From the NCBI GenBank assembly GCA_950097015.1, contig CATNEN010000001.1, positions 4,340,001-4,404,000 on the forward strand: DNA of 64,000 nt, given 5' to 3'. Shown piece by piece: positions 9,840 to 22,039 of the stretch. Every line of letters starts with the position of its first letter. The first letter of the stretch is position 1. The notes beneath the pieces are model-generated. The model made no database searches, was not told the DNA's origin, and was given only the letters and a program-made list of their open reading frames with translations. The stretch comes from Macrostomum hystrix (Eukaryota; Animalia; Platyhelminthes). The position numbers were made by a program, and so were the translations under genes.

Positions 9840-12800
9840 TCGGCCACACTGGGATCACCTGCCTGCAGGTTAACCTGCAACACTGCATAGCTGCATCCGT
9901 CAATCTGATGCGCTATGTCGAGCTCAACATGCCGGGTCTCATCCTCGTCCAGGAGCCGTGGACTCATAAAGGTAAGCCTCAAAATGTACCCAATGGGTAT
10001 CACTGCCTCTACAACAGCCGTCACTGGGAGAACCAAACTCCCAGGGCGTGCATCCTCGTGAGAGACTCCCTCAACGCCTGGCACAGACCCGACCTTTCTG
10101 ATCGGGACACCTGTGTCATCCAGACGGAGAACATCCTCCCAGGAAAAACCGTCTTAATCGCCTCGGTTTACTTACCGGGCGACAGGCCGGCAGTCCCTGA
10201 GGAGCTGATCTCTCTGATTGAAACCTGCGCTGCCAAAAACTATGAGCTCATAGTGGCTGGCGATATTAACGCCCACCACACCCACTGGGGGAGCTCTGAC
10301 ATTAACTCGAGAGGCGAGGATCTCCTTGCCTACATCTTAACCACGTCCCTGGAGTTCTGCAACACAGGGAGCACCCCGACCTTTGACAATGGCCGGTGGT
10401 CTGAGGTCATCGACGCCACTCTAGCCACACCTGGGCTTTACCAGAGCCTTAGGGAGTGGCAGGTTCTGCCGGAGACCTCCCTCTCCGATCACAAATACAT
10501 CTCTTTCCAACTGGCGGGTGCACGCTGCACTAACCAGATCACTTGGAAAAGGAACGCTAGGAATACCGATTGGGAAGCCTTCAGGCATAACCTCGAAGGA
10601 ACCCAACGAAACCTAAGCCCCCCCGCCAACACCTGCGATGAAGCGGATGAGCTAGCTGAGTTTCTCACCAACTCGCTGACCACCGCCTTCGAGGCCTCCT
10701 GCCCCCTCAAAGCTTACAGAGGCAAAACTTCGGCCCCATGGTGGAATCCGCAGCTCGGCGAGCTCCGTCGAACGGCGAAGCGGCTGCACCGCAGGGCCAC
10801 GAAGACAAAAAACCCGGCTGATCAGGCTGCATATCTCGAAGCCATCAATAGCTTCAAGAAGGAAGTCAGAAACGCCAAAAACAGCAAGTGGCGGCAATAC
10901 TGTGAGGAGCTTGAGGGCACTCGCCCCACCTCCAGAATTGTCAAAGCCCTCACGCTGGACAAAATGTCCAAGCTTTCGACGGTGAGGAAGGCCGATGGCC
11001 GACCCACCGAGAACCCTGGGGAAACACTCGACACTATGCTCACAGCCTTTTTCCCCAGCGTGCCAGCAGGGACAGACCCCCCGGATCACACCGAGGGAGG
11101 TCATATCCTTGCGACGTCCATCATTACTGAAGACCGCGTTACCAAGGCAGCCCAGTCTTTCAAACCTTTCAAATCCCCGGGGCCGGACGGCATTATACCA
11201 GCCTTCATCCGCGAGGCGGTAAAATGCCTTGGCTTCCTCACTAATCTTTGCAAGCTCCTTAAGGCCTGCATTGTGCTTGGGTATGTTCCAAAGGCATGGA
11301 CCGAGGCGAGGGTGGTTTTTATCCCCAAGCCAGGCTGCCCGGACTACCATTCCATTAAATCGTTTCGGCCAATTAGCCTTACCTCCACCATGGTCAAACT
11401 GATGGAGAGATTGGTGCTCTGGCGCCTCCTCTCTGTGGAACTGAAAAATATGCCACTAAGCGGCAATCAACACGCCTTTCGGTCAGGACGTTCCACCGAA
11501 AGCGCTCTCCACGCTCTGGTGGACGCTCTGGAAAAGGCCGTCCTCGGGAACGGCTTTGCCCTGAGCATCTTCCTGGATATTGACGGGGCCTTCGACAACG
11601 TTCTCTTCGAGGCGTTTGACAGGGCCCTACGTATGCTGCACACGCATTCGCATCTTAGGAGGTGGATCATGTACATGGTCCGCCACCGCACTGCTACGGC
11701 ACACCTTCTTGGACACCAGCGGACGGTCACTGTCTGCAAAGGTTGCCCACAAGGCGGCGTCCTATCACCAGTTCTCTGGAACATGGTTATCGACGAGCTC
11801 TTACGAGACTCTCAGCCAGACCCCATCCTAAAGGTCGGCTATGCGGATGATGTTACGGCAGTGGCATCTGGCCCGGTACCAGAGGCCCTCCGAGACCTTC
11901 TGCAAAACTTTATCAACAACGCCGAAAGATGGGCAACTCGCTGCGGTCTGAAGCTCTCCGAGTCTAAGACAGCGGCGATCATGTTCACCAGCAAAAACAA
12001 ATGGCATATTCGCCCCCTGCAGCTGTATGGAAAGGACATCACCTTCCAGAAGCAAACTAAATGCCTGGGCATAACGCTCGATCACAGGCTCAGCTGGACT
12101 CCTCATGTCCATGCCAAAGCCAAAAAGGCCTTTGCGATCCTGGTGCAGCTGCGCAGGGCGGTGGGCAACACGTGGGGTCTCACCCCCAAATGCCTATGGT
12201 GGATCTACACTGCTATGGTCAGGCCGGCTGTCTCGTACGCCGGACTGATCTGGGCTAGTGCCCTTCAGCTTAAGACCATGAGACTCTTCGGAGAGTGCAA
12301 GGTCGCGCATGTCGGACGATCATGAGCGCCCCGCCATCCGCCCCCTTCGATGGCCTCAACGCCTTCTTGAACATCCTCCCGCTCGATATCTTTATCCGCG
12401 GGGAGGCGGCAAAAACCGCCCGGCGTCTCCTTGATGCCGGTGTGCGCTTCGTCCCCCAACGAGCGGCAGCGAAGCGAAAGCTCCTGCCGCACACGGACCT
12501 TTGCCTGAGAGACTTGGGTGCGAGCAACGGAATCAATGTCCTTACGGACGGTGAACCGTGCTCGCTCAACCTCCTTCAGCGCTTTAAGGTTCTCATCCCC
12601 ACCAGGGACCAAGTTAGCGACCACTGGAACACCCAGGAGGTCCACTGCTACACGGACGGATCCATGAAGGATGGCTCCGCTGGCTTCGGGGTCTGTATCC
12701 TTATCAACGGACGTGTTGTCGCCACACACGCCCAACACACTGGAAAATCCTCGAGCGTTTTCCAGAACGAGGTCCTGGCCATCAGCTCCTGCGCTGCGGA

Positions 12801-13533
12801 GTTGAATGAGAAAAATATCTCAGGCAGGACTATCATCTTTCACTCGGACAGTCAGGCTGCTCTGCAAGCCCTCTGTCACACCATCACAACCTCCCGGACA
12901 GTCTCCGACTGTGTCCGGCAGCTCAATAACCTGGCCGGTAAGAATACCGTCAGACTTCAGTGGATACCAGGGCATGCTGGTTTCCCTGGTAACGAGCTTG
13001 CTGACCACCTGGCCAAGCAGGGAGGAGCCAGCTCTGCGCCGGGCCCCTCCCCCCCGGCTCCGATTCCGAGCACCGTCATTTATTGTCAGATTAATGATTG
13101 GACCGCCAACCTCCATCTTACCCGGTGGAGAAGCACCACTAACTGCCGCCAATCCAAAGCGGCAGTTCCAGTGCCATCCGCTCGGCTCCGGAAGGTCCTT
13201 CTGAACCAGACCCGGAAGGACATCCGGGCCCTCACCATGACCCTCACGGGCCATGGCTGCTACGCCAGACACTGTTTCCTCCGTGGAGACCTCCGGAGTG
13301 AGCTGTGCCCTTTCTGCAACCTTGAGGACGAGGATGCCCTGCACTTCGTCTGCCACTGCCCTTTCTTCACCAGAGAGAGGCTCAATCACCTCGGACCAAA
13401 CCCATCAATGGACGATGTTTGCAGATCCGAGAACATCCCGCGGCTCGTCCGGTTCCTAAGGGCTACCAGACGAGCCTCTTTCTTCCCCAGCGAGGAACAA
13501 GCTGCAGGAAGGACCGAACACGGACCTCCCTGA
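9836..13533 (+). CDS. LINE ORF2: AP endonuclease, reverse transcriptase, RNase H, CCHC finger; one frameshift near 12280
   Basis: APE: QVNLQH, QEPW, GDINAHH, IDATL, SDHKYI. RT: KSPGPDG, FRPISL, FLDIDGAFD, GCPQGGVLSP, YADD. RNH: YTDGS, EVLAI, SDSQAAL, WIPGHAGFPGNELAD. Zn finger CPFC-x8-H-x4-C. Split between ORFs 9836..12325 and 12295..13533. Confidence 0.95.
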
Positions 13534-15752
13534 CTGGCCCCGCGTCATCGACCGATTGCGGGTCTTTCAGGGATTAGCGGAATGGGCGACTCCCGCCTCC
13601 CCGCTGCGTCCGTCGGACCGCCCTGCAGATAAGTCAAGTAAGTCAAGAGGCATCAAAATAACTCAAGGAAAAAAAGAAGGAATAAAATAGAGAACAAATA
13701 TTAGAAAGGCTTTAAAAAGCAATCTATAAGTTAGATAGATTATAAAGTTTTGAATCATTTTGTTATCTACTAGGCCTATCTGAGATATAGGACAGTTTGT
13801 TATCTAGATGACAAAGTTTTAAGATAATAAAAGATGTATCAATCCAGGCACGTAAAATTATAGTTCAAAAGTGTGACACTATATACTTAAACATTAATGT
13901 ATAGGCCTATAAAGTCTAGCCTAAAAGCTTATTTAGCACCCATCTTGGTAACCCTATTTAAAACTTCTGAAGTCAAAGCTGTCAAGCTAGACAAAAGAAT
14001 TGTGAACTTAAATGACCACCATCCTCTCATTTCAAGAAATAAGTGACAGTCATCAGTTGACATTGTAGACCCAAAGCAGACCTGACTAGGCCTAGTGACT
14101 TAAAGGGATATTGCCTGAGTAAGTCACCCTCATAAGCTTAGCAAGCTTGGTAACCACAATTTGTGGCTGCTATAGAGTATAGGCCTAATTATTTAATTCT
14201 TTGAATAATGGGCAGCTACTAAGTACTTTAACAAATCTGGACCATGGCTAGGCCTATACTAGAAATCCATACACATATAGGCCTACATCTAAATATAGGC
14301 CTATATACACATTTTAATGCACATCACATGTATACACCCACATATATATTATATATATATACATTTACTATATATACAAACCATGGCTAGGCCTAGGCCT
14401 AGCTAGCTAAGTAGCACAAAAAGCACTGCCCTGGCTAGTGACACAGAGAAAAATAAAATAGGCATAGGCATATGTCTAATTCTTAGTTTAAAAATCCTAG
14501 GACTGACACATTATGTCTTATAGGCCTATTGTATACTACTAAATAACTAAGTGTTGTAGCTAGGGCCTATGGACAGAAGTAGGTCAGATCTGACACATTG
14601 TAATAAACATCATTGCAAATAAAAAAATTATTGCATGTTTTGGTGCTGTGTTATGCTGCTTGCTTAAAAGATAAGTCCTGGCTTCCTAGATATAAAAAAT
14701 GTACACTTGGTAAGTCTTGATTGTATAAAAAAAGCTAGGCATAGCGCCTAGGCGGATAGGCCGATGACAAAGACTAGGGCTTTGGTCAACGTCGACTTTG
14801 CTTGTACTTTTGTAGATATCTTTGAAAAGTGGTTTATCACATGGAAACCATACAGGAAATCGTGCAGAAAACAATGCCAGAAACGAGAAAGTGTGCGTAA
14901 AATCGTGCGTTACTAGTATACGAAGAAGTCAGAAGCAAGGACCACTAGAAAAAGAATCCCATCTTCTTCTGGTCCTTAAGAATCCCCTCTTCTTCTGGTC
15001 CTTGGTCAGAAGATGTAGTTTTTTGCTTTCTTAGAAAACTAAATCATTTAAAGCTTTTAAACAACCCTTCTTCACCATACATAAGCCCGTTACGCTATCT
15101 TAATTTTATTTTATAGAGTCATGTGCGAGAAATTGAAAAAAATTCTTCTACATGTATAATTTAGACAACCATAAAGTGAAGAGTTTTCTTTGAAATTTAG
15201 AAAACTCGCATAATTATTTTATTTGTGTCTTCCAAACCACAGCGTTGCGAGAATTTGAACTAATAGGCCCTATCGTATTCTTACCAGCTCGTTTGCAATT
15301 GAAGCTTTATCCATGTTCGCACAATCGCGCCTAATGTTAAGCAACTATAAAATAAGAGCCACAACTGCATTTTAGTGAATTCCGTATGTGCTCTCTTCAC
15401 TATTAGTATTAGGCCTAAGTGTATACAAACTTTTAGGATGTCAGATTCTGATTGTTTCAATTTCATTTAAGGCCTATGACTATGACTCTATTTTGTTTCT
15501 CTATAGTTTATGTAATCACAGCCATGACTAATCAGGTTTTAATAGCATTTTTAGGCCTAGGCTTACCTTTCAACTAATTTGTCTACTCTCTATATCAAGT
15601 AGGCCTAGGCTCCTAATTTCAACAAAAATTTAAGAGCATAAGTCATTAAGAATACCATGTTGGTACTTATAATTATCATTGTAAACAAAAACGTTAGGCC
15701 TAGTGTTTTTTAATTTAGGCCCATAGGCAGTTTGTGACACCTTATTTATGGG

Positions 15753-17208
15753 GGTACCTGGACACTTCGTCATCTTACAACTTCGGCATCCAGATGACAA
15801 TCTGTCCAATATCTTAGACATTAGAGGGTGGATGATAAAGTAGGGCCTAACTTAAACTTGTGGACACTTTAATCATCTATAAAACAAAAGTTTTTCAAAG
15901 TTAGAACAGAACCACCCCTCTTCACATCGTGTTGATACCTATCTTTCAACTCTTATAGGCCTAGGCCTAATAAAATCAGTTTTGACACCTTTTTGACAAA
16001 TTTTGTCATTTGACAATGACAAATTTTGACAGAACACACTTCAGTGTAAAGTGTGTTCCACCTCTGTCCCACCACCCCACCCTCACTTTATTCATGATGA
16101 CAATTGCTTTTTATTAGTAGATAACGAACTGACCAAACTTTAAAGCATGCCAATTGGCTGGATGATGAAGTGGGCATATCATGTGTCATTTCATTTGTTA
16201 AATTATTTTCTTTATAGAAAACAAAACTGCAAGTAATTTTAGTAATGAATAGGCCTAACAGTGCGGGTACCAGGTTGAATGTGGGCCTGGATAATGGGCA
16301 ACAGGGTCTGCGCCTAGTGGTTTGGTACCGGGCACATGACATACTTGTTAGTATCGCACTCAATCATGCCAAGGACCCAAGTGCCATCACGGTGAGCCCT
16401 GGTGGTAGGGCCTACTTCCAGTGGAAAAAAGTGATTCGTCAACCTCTACCTCATACCCAGGGCCACCTAGCTGTACTGGATTGGCAAGCAGGTGCTCACA
16501 GCAGATGTCTCTGCAGAAATTGGCCCAGTCTACGGCATTGTGGTGGGCAATGCGCGTCTGCCGCTCAATCTCATCCAAAGGCATCTCCAGGGACCAGAGA
16601 TGTATAAAGTCGACCAGCCGTGGCAATTCAATGTGGCTGGCCTCAAAAATGACCCCTTTCGAACCGAGACTTGTCCATGGCATGTGTTGCACGACCATGC
16701 CTAGCCGTCAATGTAGTGCTCACCAGCATGCCGCTGAAACTTCATTGGGAGGCCACAAAAAACTCGCGTGTTGGCCAGAAGATGGTGTTGCATGAGCCAA
16801 TGAATACAAGCCAGGTTGTCCGCCGTGGCAGCATGTACTGTCCGCAGGTCAGTTGGCATGCCAATTAAGGCATCTATGTGTAGCAAACCATTTGGCGGCA
16901 GAATAGAAGTTGGTGCCGGAGGACGACCAGCCATGTTGAATTATATTATATTACTATATTATTGAATTCAAATATCGTATTTTATGGTACCCCACACCAA
17001 TTTGAGCCATAGAATACTGCATGGCACTTTCACTTTTTGCCATGTCAGTTAAGTGAATTTAAATTGCTGTCAAAATCATATTTCGTGCCCACAAATTTAA
17101 ATCTGTCGTCAAGATAATTTAATAAACAAAACGACACATAGGAGGTAGGAAGTGTCCTACCTTCCAAGTGGATGATAAAGTTGTAAGATGACAAAGTGTC
17201 TAGGATCC
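15753..17208 (-). mobile_element. Decayed Merlin (IS1016/IS1595-like) DNA transposon
   Basis: Imperfect ~31-bp TIRs (ggtacctggacacttcgtcatcttacaactt / aagttgtaagatgacaaagtgtctaggatcc); 9-bp TSD atttatggg at 15744-15752 and 17209-17217. Confidence 0.9.
16255..16934 (-). pseudogene. Merlin/IS1595-type DDE transposase remnant
   Basis: Fragments WLMQHHLLA..C, VRKGSF, DWANFCRDIC, LGGPGYEVEVDESLF, WVLGMIE, AQTLLPIIQAHIQPGT across frames with stops and frameshifts; C-terminal part not recognisable. Confidence 0.85.
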
Positions 17209-18639
17209 ATTTATGGGTGTTAGTCAGTTCATCAAATGCAGTTTTGTCAAATGGACTTATCCTTGTATTATGTCACTTTGTCAAATAGCTTATTGGGCCA
17301 TCTTAAACTTATTTCAATGGCAGTGGTTTTGTTGTTGAGAGCTGAATAGTTACACATATATTTGCTTTTGATTAATAGTATATCAAAGTGTGTATATTTA
17401 TTGTGCCTAACATAGATTCTAATACACTTAACTCTATGCTGTATTGTCTATTGTGTATTACACAGCCCTTGTCCTTTCTCATTCTATGATCTTGGGGACC
17501 AGGCAATGGCAGAGTTACTGCCAATTTTACTCACTTGCAGTTTTATTGCTAAACAAGGTCACTAAAGATCACAAACTAAAAATTAAATAATAAAAAATTA
17601 ATTTTTTAAGATTATGCCTATTCTTAGCAAAACTAATAAAAGTTAAAAGTTAATCAAAAGTACTTACTAGTACTTCCTGCTAATGCTGTTGTTGCTTGTG
17701 TTCAAACTAAGGAATGTGGCCATAGAATGCACAGGAGTACAGAAAGTTTGGATGGACAGCTTACTCACTCAATACTTAGCCTAGTGGGTCTTGACTTGTG
17801 TCTGCAACTGCTTATAACATGCATGGTGTTATAATGTTTGTATGATCCCTGCTACACCAGAGCAACTTGAACTGGCACTAGCTGGGTCTCCGTGAACAGC
17901 AAGATTAAGAAGCAGATAGAGTCAGCTGCACTCTCTTGTCTTGCATCTTGAGTCGCCAATGCCAGCCTTCAACCTCATTGTTGGTCTGGAGGTGCCATCT
18001 GGGATCCACAACATGTGGGTAGGATAAATGGTAAAGGCCCATTAGCTATGGGGGCCTATGGTGGCACGCAAGCTTGGTGGGATAAATGTTGGTAGCCTAC
18101 TAGCTGTGCCACCATTGATGTCACTTGTGGCTCGCTAGTTGGGATGCACCAAGAAACACTAGGGGCCTGACAGCAACATGCTGCTACTTTGCCACCACTG
18201 TCCTAAGATTTGATATTGAGCCTGTGAGATGTCTGCTGCATGTCCTATGTTGCCACTGTTGACACCAGTCACACTGCATAACCCATTGATGCAGTTGGAC
18301 AGGTTCTAAGCATTTAATGCAGCTGTCCAATTGCATTTTAGAATTAAAACTCAGAAATTTAGGATTTAGATTTTTATAACTTTTAAGAACTCATCAGGCG
18401 GCAATTCTGTTGCTTACAGAATATGCAACAGCATATGTTGCATATGATGTAACGTATCAGGGCCAGTATATGTCGTTTCTGGTTGCCTACAAGTGTTTTT
18501 TTTCAAGCAGCAACTAAATAGGATAAGTGAGCACAAGTGAGACAGGAAATTGACTTACGAGTTTTTTTACGACACTTTATTTGTCTTGAAAGTTGTTTCT
18601 AGTGAATTAGTTTTGTACTCACTATTAGTTGTTAGTTCA

Positions 18640-21300
18640 TGATTTCCCCTCGATTATTCAGGCTTCCCAATAGATAATTAATTTTACCCCTCGATAATTC
18701 ATGCAAGCCAGTTTAATTATTATGTTACCCCTTAATAAGTTATGCTTCCCCCTTGATAACTCCTGCTTTAACTCGATAACTTCTTTTTCCCCTCGATATT
18801 TCACGCTTTCCCTTACGATAATTCACGCTTTCGCCTCGATAATTTATGCTTTCCCTCGATAATTTATGCTTTCCCCTCGATAAATCATGCTTTCCCCTCG
18901 ATAATTCACGCTTTCCCCTCGATAATTTATGCTTTCCCTCGATAATTTATGCTTTCCCCTCGATAATTTATGCTTTCCCTCGATAATTTATGCTTTCCCC
19001 TCGATAATTCACGCTTTCCTCTCGATAATTCGTGCTTTCCCCTCGATAAATCATGCTTTCCCTCGATAATTTATGCTTTCCCCTCGATAATTCATGCTTT
19101 CCCCTCGATAATTTATGCTTTCCCTCGATAATTTATGCTTTCCCCTCGATAATTCACGCTTTCCTCTCGATAATTCGTGCTTTCCCCTCGATAAATCATG
19201 CTTTCCCTCGATAATTTATGCTTTCCCCTCGATAATTCATGCTTTCCCCTCGATAATTTATGCTTTCCCCTCGATAAATCATGCTTTCCCTCGTTAATTC
19301 ACACTTTCCCTCGATAATTTATGCTTTCCCCTCGATAATTTATGCTTTCCCCTCGATAATTCATGCTTTCCCCTCGATAAATCAAACTCCCACCTCGATA
19401 ATTGATGCTTCCCCCTCAATAATTCATGCTTCCCCTTTGATAGTTCATGCAACCCCCTCGTTACTACATGCTATCCTCCTGATAATTGATGCATCCCCTC
19501 GATAAAAATAGATAACTTATGCCTCAAAAATTCATGCTATCCCTGGACAAATCTTGCTACCCCGTCATAAGTTTTATGCTACTCACTTAATTTATGCTTT
19601 CCGCTTGGTAATTCATGCTGCTCCTTTAATAATTCATACTTTTCCCTCGTTAGTTCATGTGTTCCCCTCGGTAATACTCGCCTGCTAATTCAGGCTTACC
19701 CCTCTATAACTTATTCTACCCTCTCATGCTTCATGCTTCCCTTCGATAATTTAGTTTGCCCCTTCGATAATTCATGCTACCACTTCGATAGTTTATGCTG
19801 ACCGCTTGATAATTCGTGCTATTTCGTCGATAATTTTTGATCCCCCTGTATAATTCATAGATTTCTCACGTTCAGTCATGCTTCCCCCTCGTTAAGTCAT
19901 GCTTCCCTCTCGTTAAGTTATGCTTCCCCCTCGTTAAGTCATGCTTCCCTCTCGTTAAGTCATGCTTCCCCCTCGTTAAGTCATGCTTCCCTCTCGTTAA
20001 GTTATGCTTCCCCCTCGTTAAGTCATGCTTCCCCCTCGTTAAGTCATGCTTCCCTCTCGTTAAGTTATGCTTCCCTCTCGTTAAGTCATGCTTTTCTCTC
20101 GTTAAGTCATGCTTCCCCCTCGTTAAGTCATGCTTCCCTCTCGTTAAGTCATGCTTCCCTCTCGTTAAGTCATGCTTCCCCCTCGTTAAGTCATGCTTCC
20201 CTCTCGTTAAGTTATGCTTCCCTCTCGTTAAGTCATGCTTCCCTCTCGTTAAGTCATGCTTCCCCCTCGTTAAGTCATGCTTCCCTCTCGTTAAGTCATG
20301 CTTCCCCCTCGTTAAGTCATGCTTCCCCCTCGTTAAGTCATGCTTCCCCCTCGTTAAGTCATTCTTCCCCCTCGTTAAGTCATGCTTCCCCCTCGTTAAG
20401 TCATGCTTCCCCCTCGTTAAGTCATTCTTCCCCCTCGTTAAGTCATGCTTCCCCCTCGTTAAGTCATTCTTCCCCCTCGTTAAGTCATTCTTCCCCCTCG
20501 TTAAGTCATGCTTCCCCCTCGTTAAGTCATTCTTCCCCCTCGTTAAGTCATGCTTCCCTCTCGTTAAGTCATGCTTCCCTCTCGTTAAGTCATGCTTCCC
20601 CCTCGTTAAGTCATTCTTCCCCCTCGTTAAGTCATGCTTCCCTCTCGTTAAGTCATGCTTCCCTCTCGTTAAGTCATGCTTCCCCCTCGTTAAGTCATGC
20701 TTCCCCCTCGTTAAGTCATGCTTCCCCCTCGTTAAGTCATTCTTCCCCCTCGTTAAGTCATGCTTCCCCCTCGTTAAGTCATGCTTCCCCCTCGTTAAGT
20801 CATTCTTCCCCCTCGTTAAGTCATGCTTCCCCCTCGTTAAGTCATTCTTCCCCCTCGTTAAGTCATTCTTCCCCCTCGTTAAGTCATGCTTCCCCCTCGT
20901 TAAGTCATTCTTCCCCCTCGTTAAGTCATGCTTCCCTCTCGTTAAGTCATGCTTCCCTCTCGTTAAGTCATGCTTCCCCCTCGTTAAGTCATTCTTCCCC
21001 CTCGTTAAGTCATGCTTCCCCCTCGTTAAGTCATTCTTCCCCCTCGTTAAGTCATTCTTCCCCCTCGTTAAGTCATGCTTCCCCTTCGCTAATTCATGAT
21101 TCCCCTTCTATAATTTATGCCATTCCGTCGATAGTTCATGCTTCTCAGTCGATAATTCCTCCTGGATAAACTATGCTATTACTGTCAATAGTTCATGCTA
21201 CCCCTTCGATGAATCATGCTAGCCCCCTCAGTAAATCATTCTATCCTCTTGAAAAATGTGCCATACCCTTTAAGTATTATGTTATCCCCTGGAAATCTCA
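18640..21300. repeat. Compound 21-bp minisatellite (tcgataatttatgctttcccc grading into tcgttaagtcatgcttccccc)
   Basis: Homogeneous cores at ~18830-19380 and ~19875-21080 with degenerate flanks and linker. Confidence 0.95.
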
Positions 21301-22039
21301 TGTCATCTTAAAGAAATCCTTATATTCCCTAGATTTCTAATACCTTTCTCGGCAAGTCCATTTTATTTTATTGATACCCCATGCATGCTATTCATTGAAA
21401 CCTAGCGCTATATTCTTTAGTTTCATGTTTTCCTTTAAAACATTATGCTTTCGAAATGTAGGAAAAATAGGGATTGCTTCCCTGCTAAAAAAAGCTTAAT
21501 TTGAATGTAATTAAAAAGTATCGCCATTCGTTATTATTATTATTTTCTCCTAGTTTTGAATCTAATGACGATGGCAGCAATGCTCAAACACTTTTCTTAA
21601 GTTAAAAAACGTAATGCTAAACGCTATGTATGCTCGAACAGCATTTAGTTTTGAATCGAATAACGCTTGAAGCAATCCTCGAAAAAATGTTTATAAATGA
21701 AAAAATGTATAACGCTTTCAGCTGCGCTCAACATATTTTCTTCTAGTTCTTATAACGCTTGCAGCTATGCTCAAATATATTTTCTTAGTATCGAATAACA
21801 CTTGCTGCTACACTCGAAAAAACTTACAATTTTTCTCACAGCGAGAAGAGAAACAATACAGCCTACAAATATTTGCTGACAGTAGCTAATCGAAAGCGCT
21901 TACTATTTATACTCGAAACTAAAAAGCCTAATAAAAATATACAAAAAGAAATACTTACGTTTTTAACTGTTAATGATAAAAGATGAAAATAAAAAAAGAA
22001 GCAGTAACAAAACTGATGCTGAAATTCGACCTGCATTCT

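Larger units (their letters stand above)
7228..13646 (+). mobile_element. Full-length non-LTR retrotransposon, LOA (Lian-like)/R1 group with RNase H
   Basis: 12-bp TSD gaggcatcaaaa at 7216-7227 and 13647-13658; tail taagtcaag-taagtcaa; ~1-kb 5' UTR; two ORFs; APE-RT-RNH-CCHC domain order. Confidence 0.95.

Noticed and set aside
12265-12300. Programmed ribosomal frameshift in LINE ORF2
   Set aside because: No X-XXY-YYZ slippery site; an indel is more parsimonious
8120-13389. Antisense and alternative-frame ORFs within the LINE
   Set aside because: Expected shadows of GC-rich coding sequence; no recognisable domains
17640-18360. Possible degraded retroelement or gene
   Set aside because: No sustained ORF or recognisable motif; cannot be assigned without a database search
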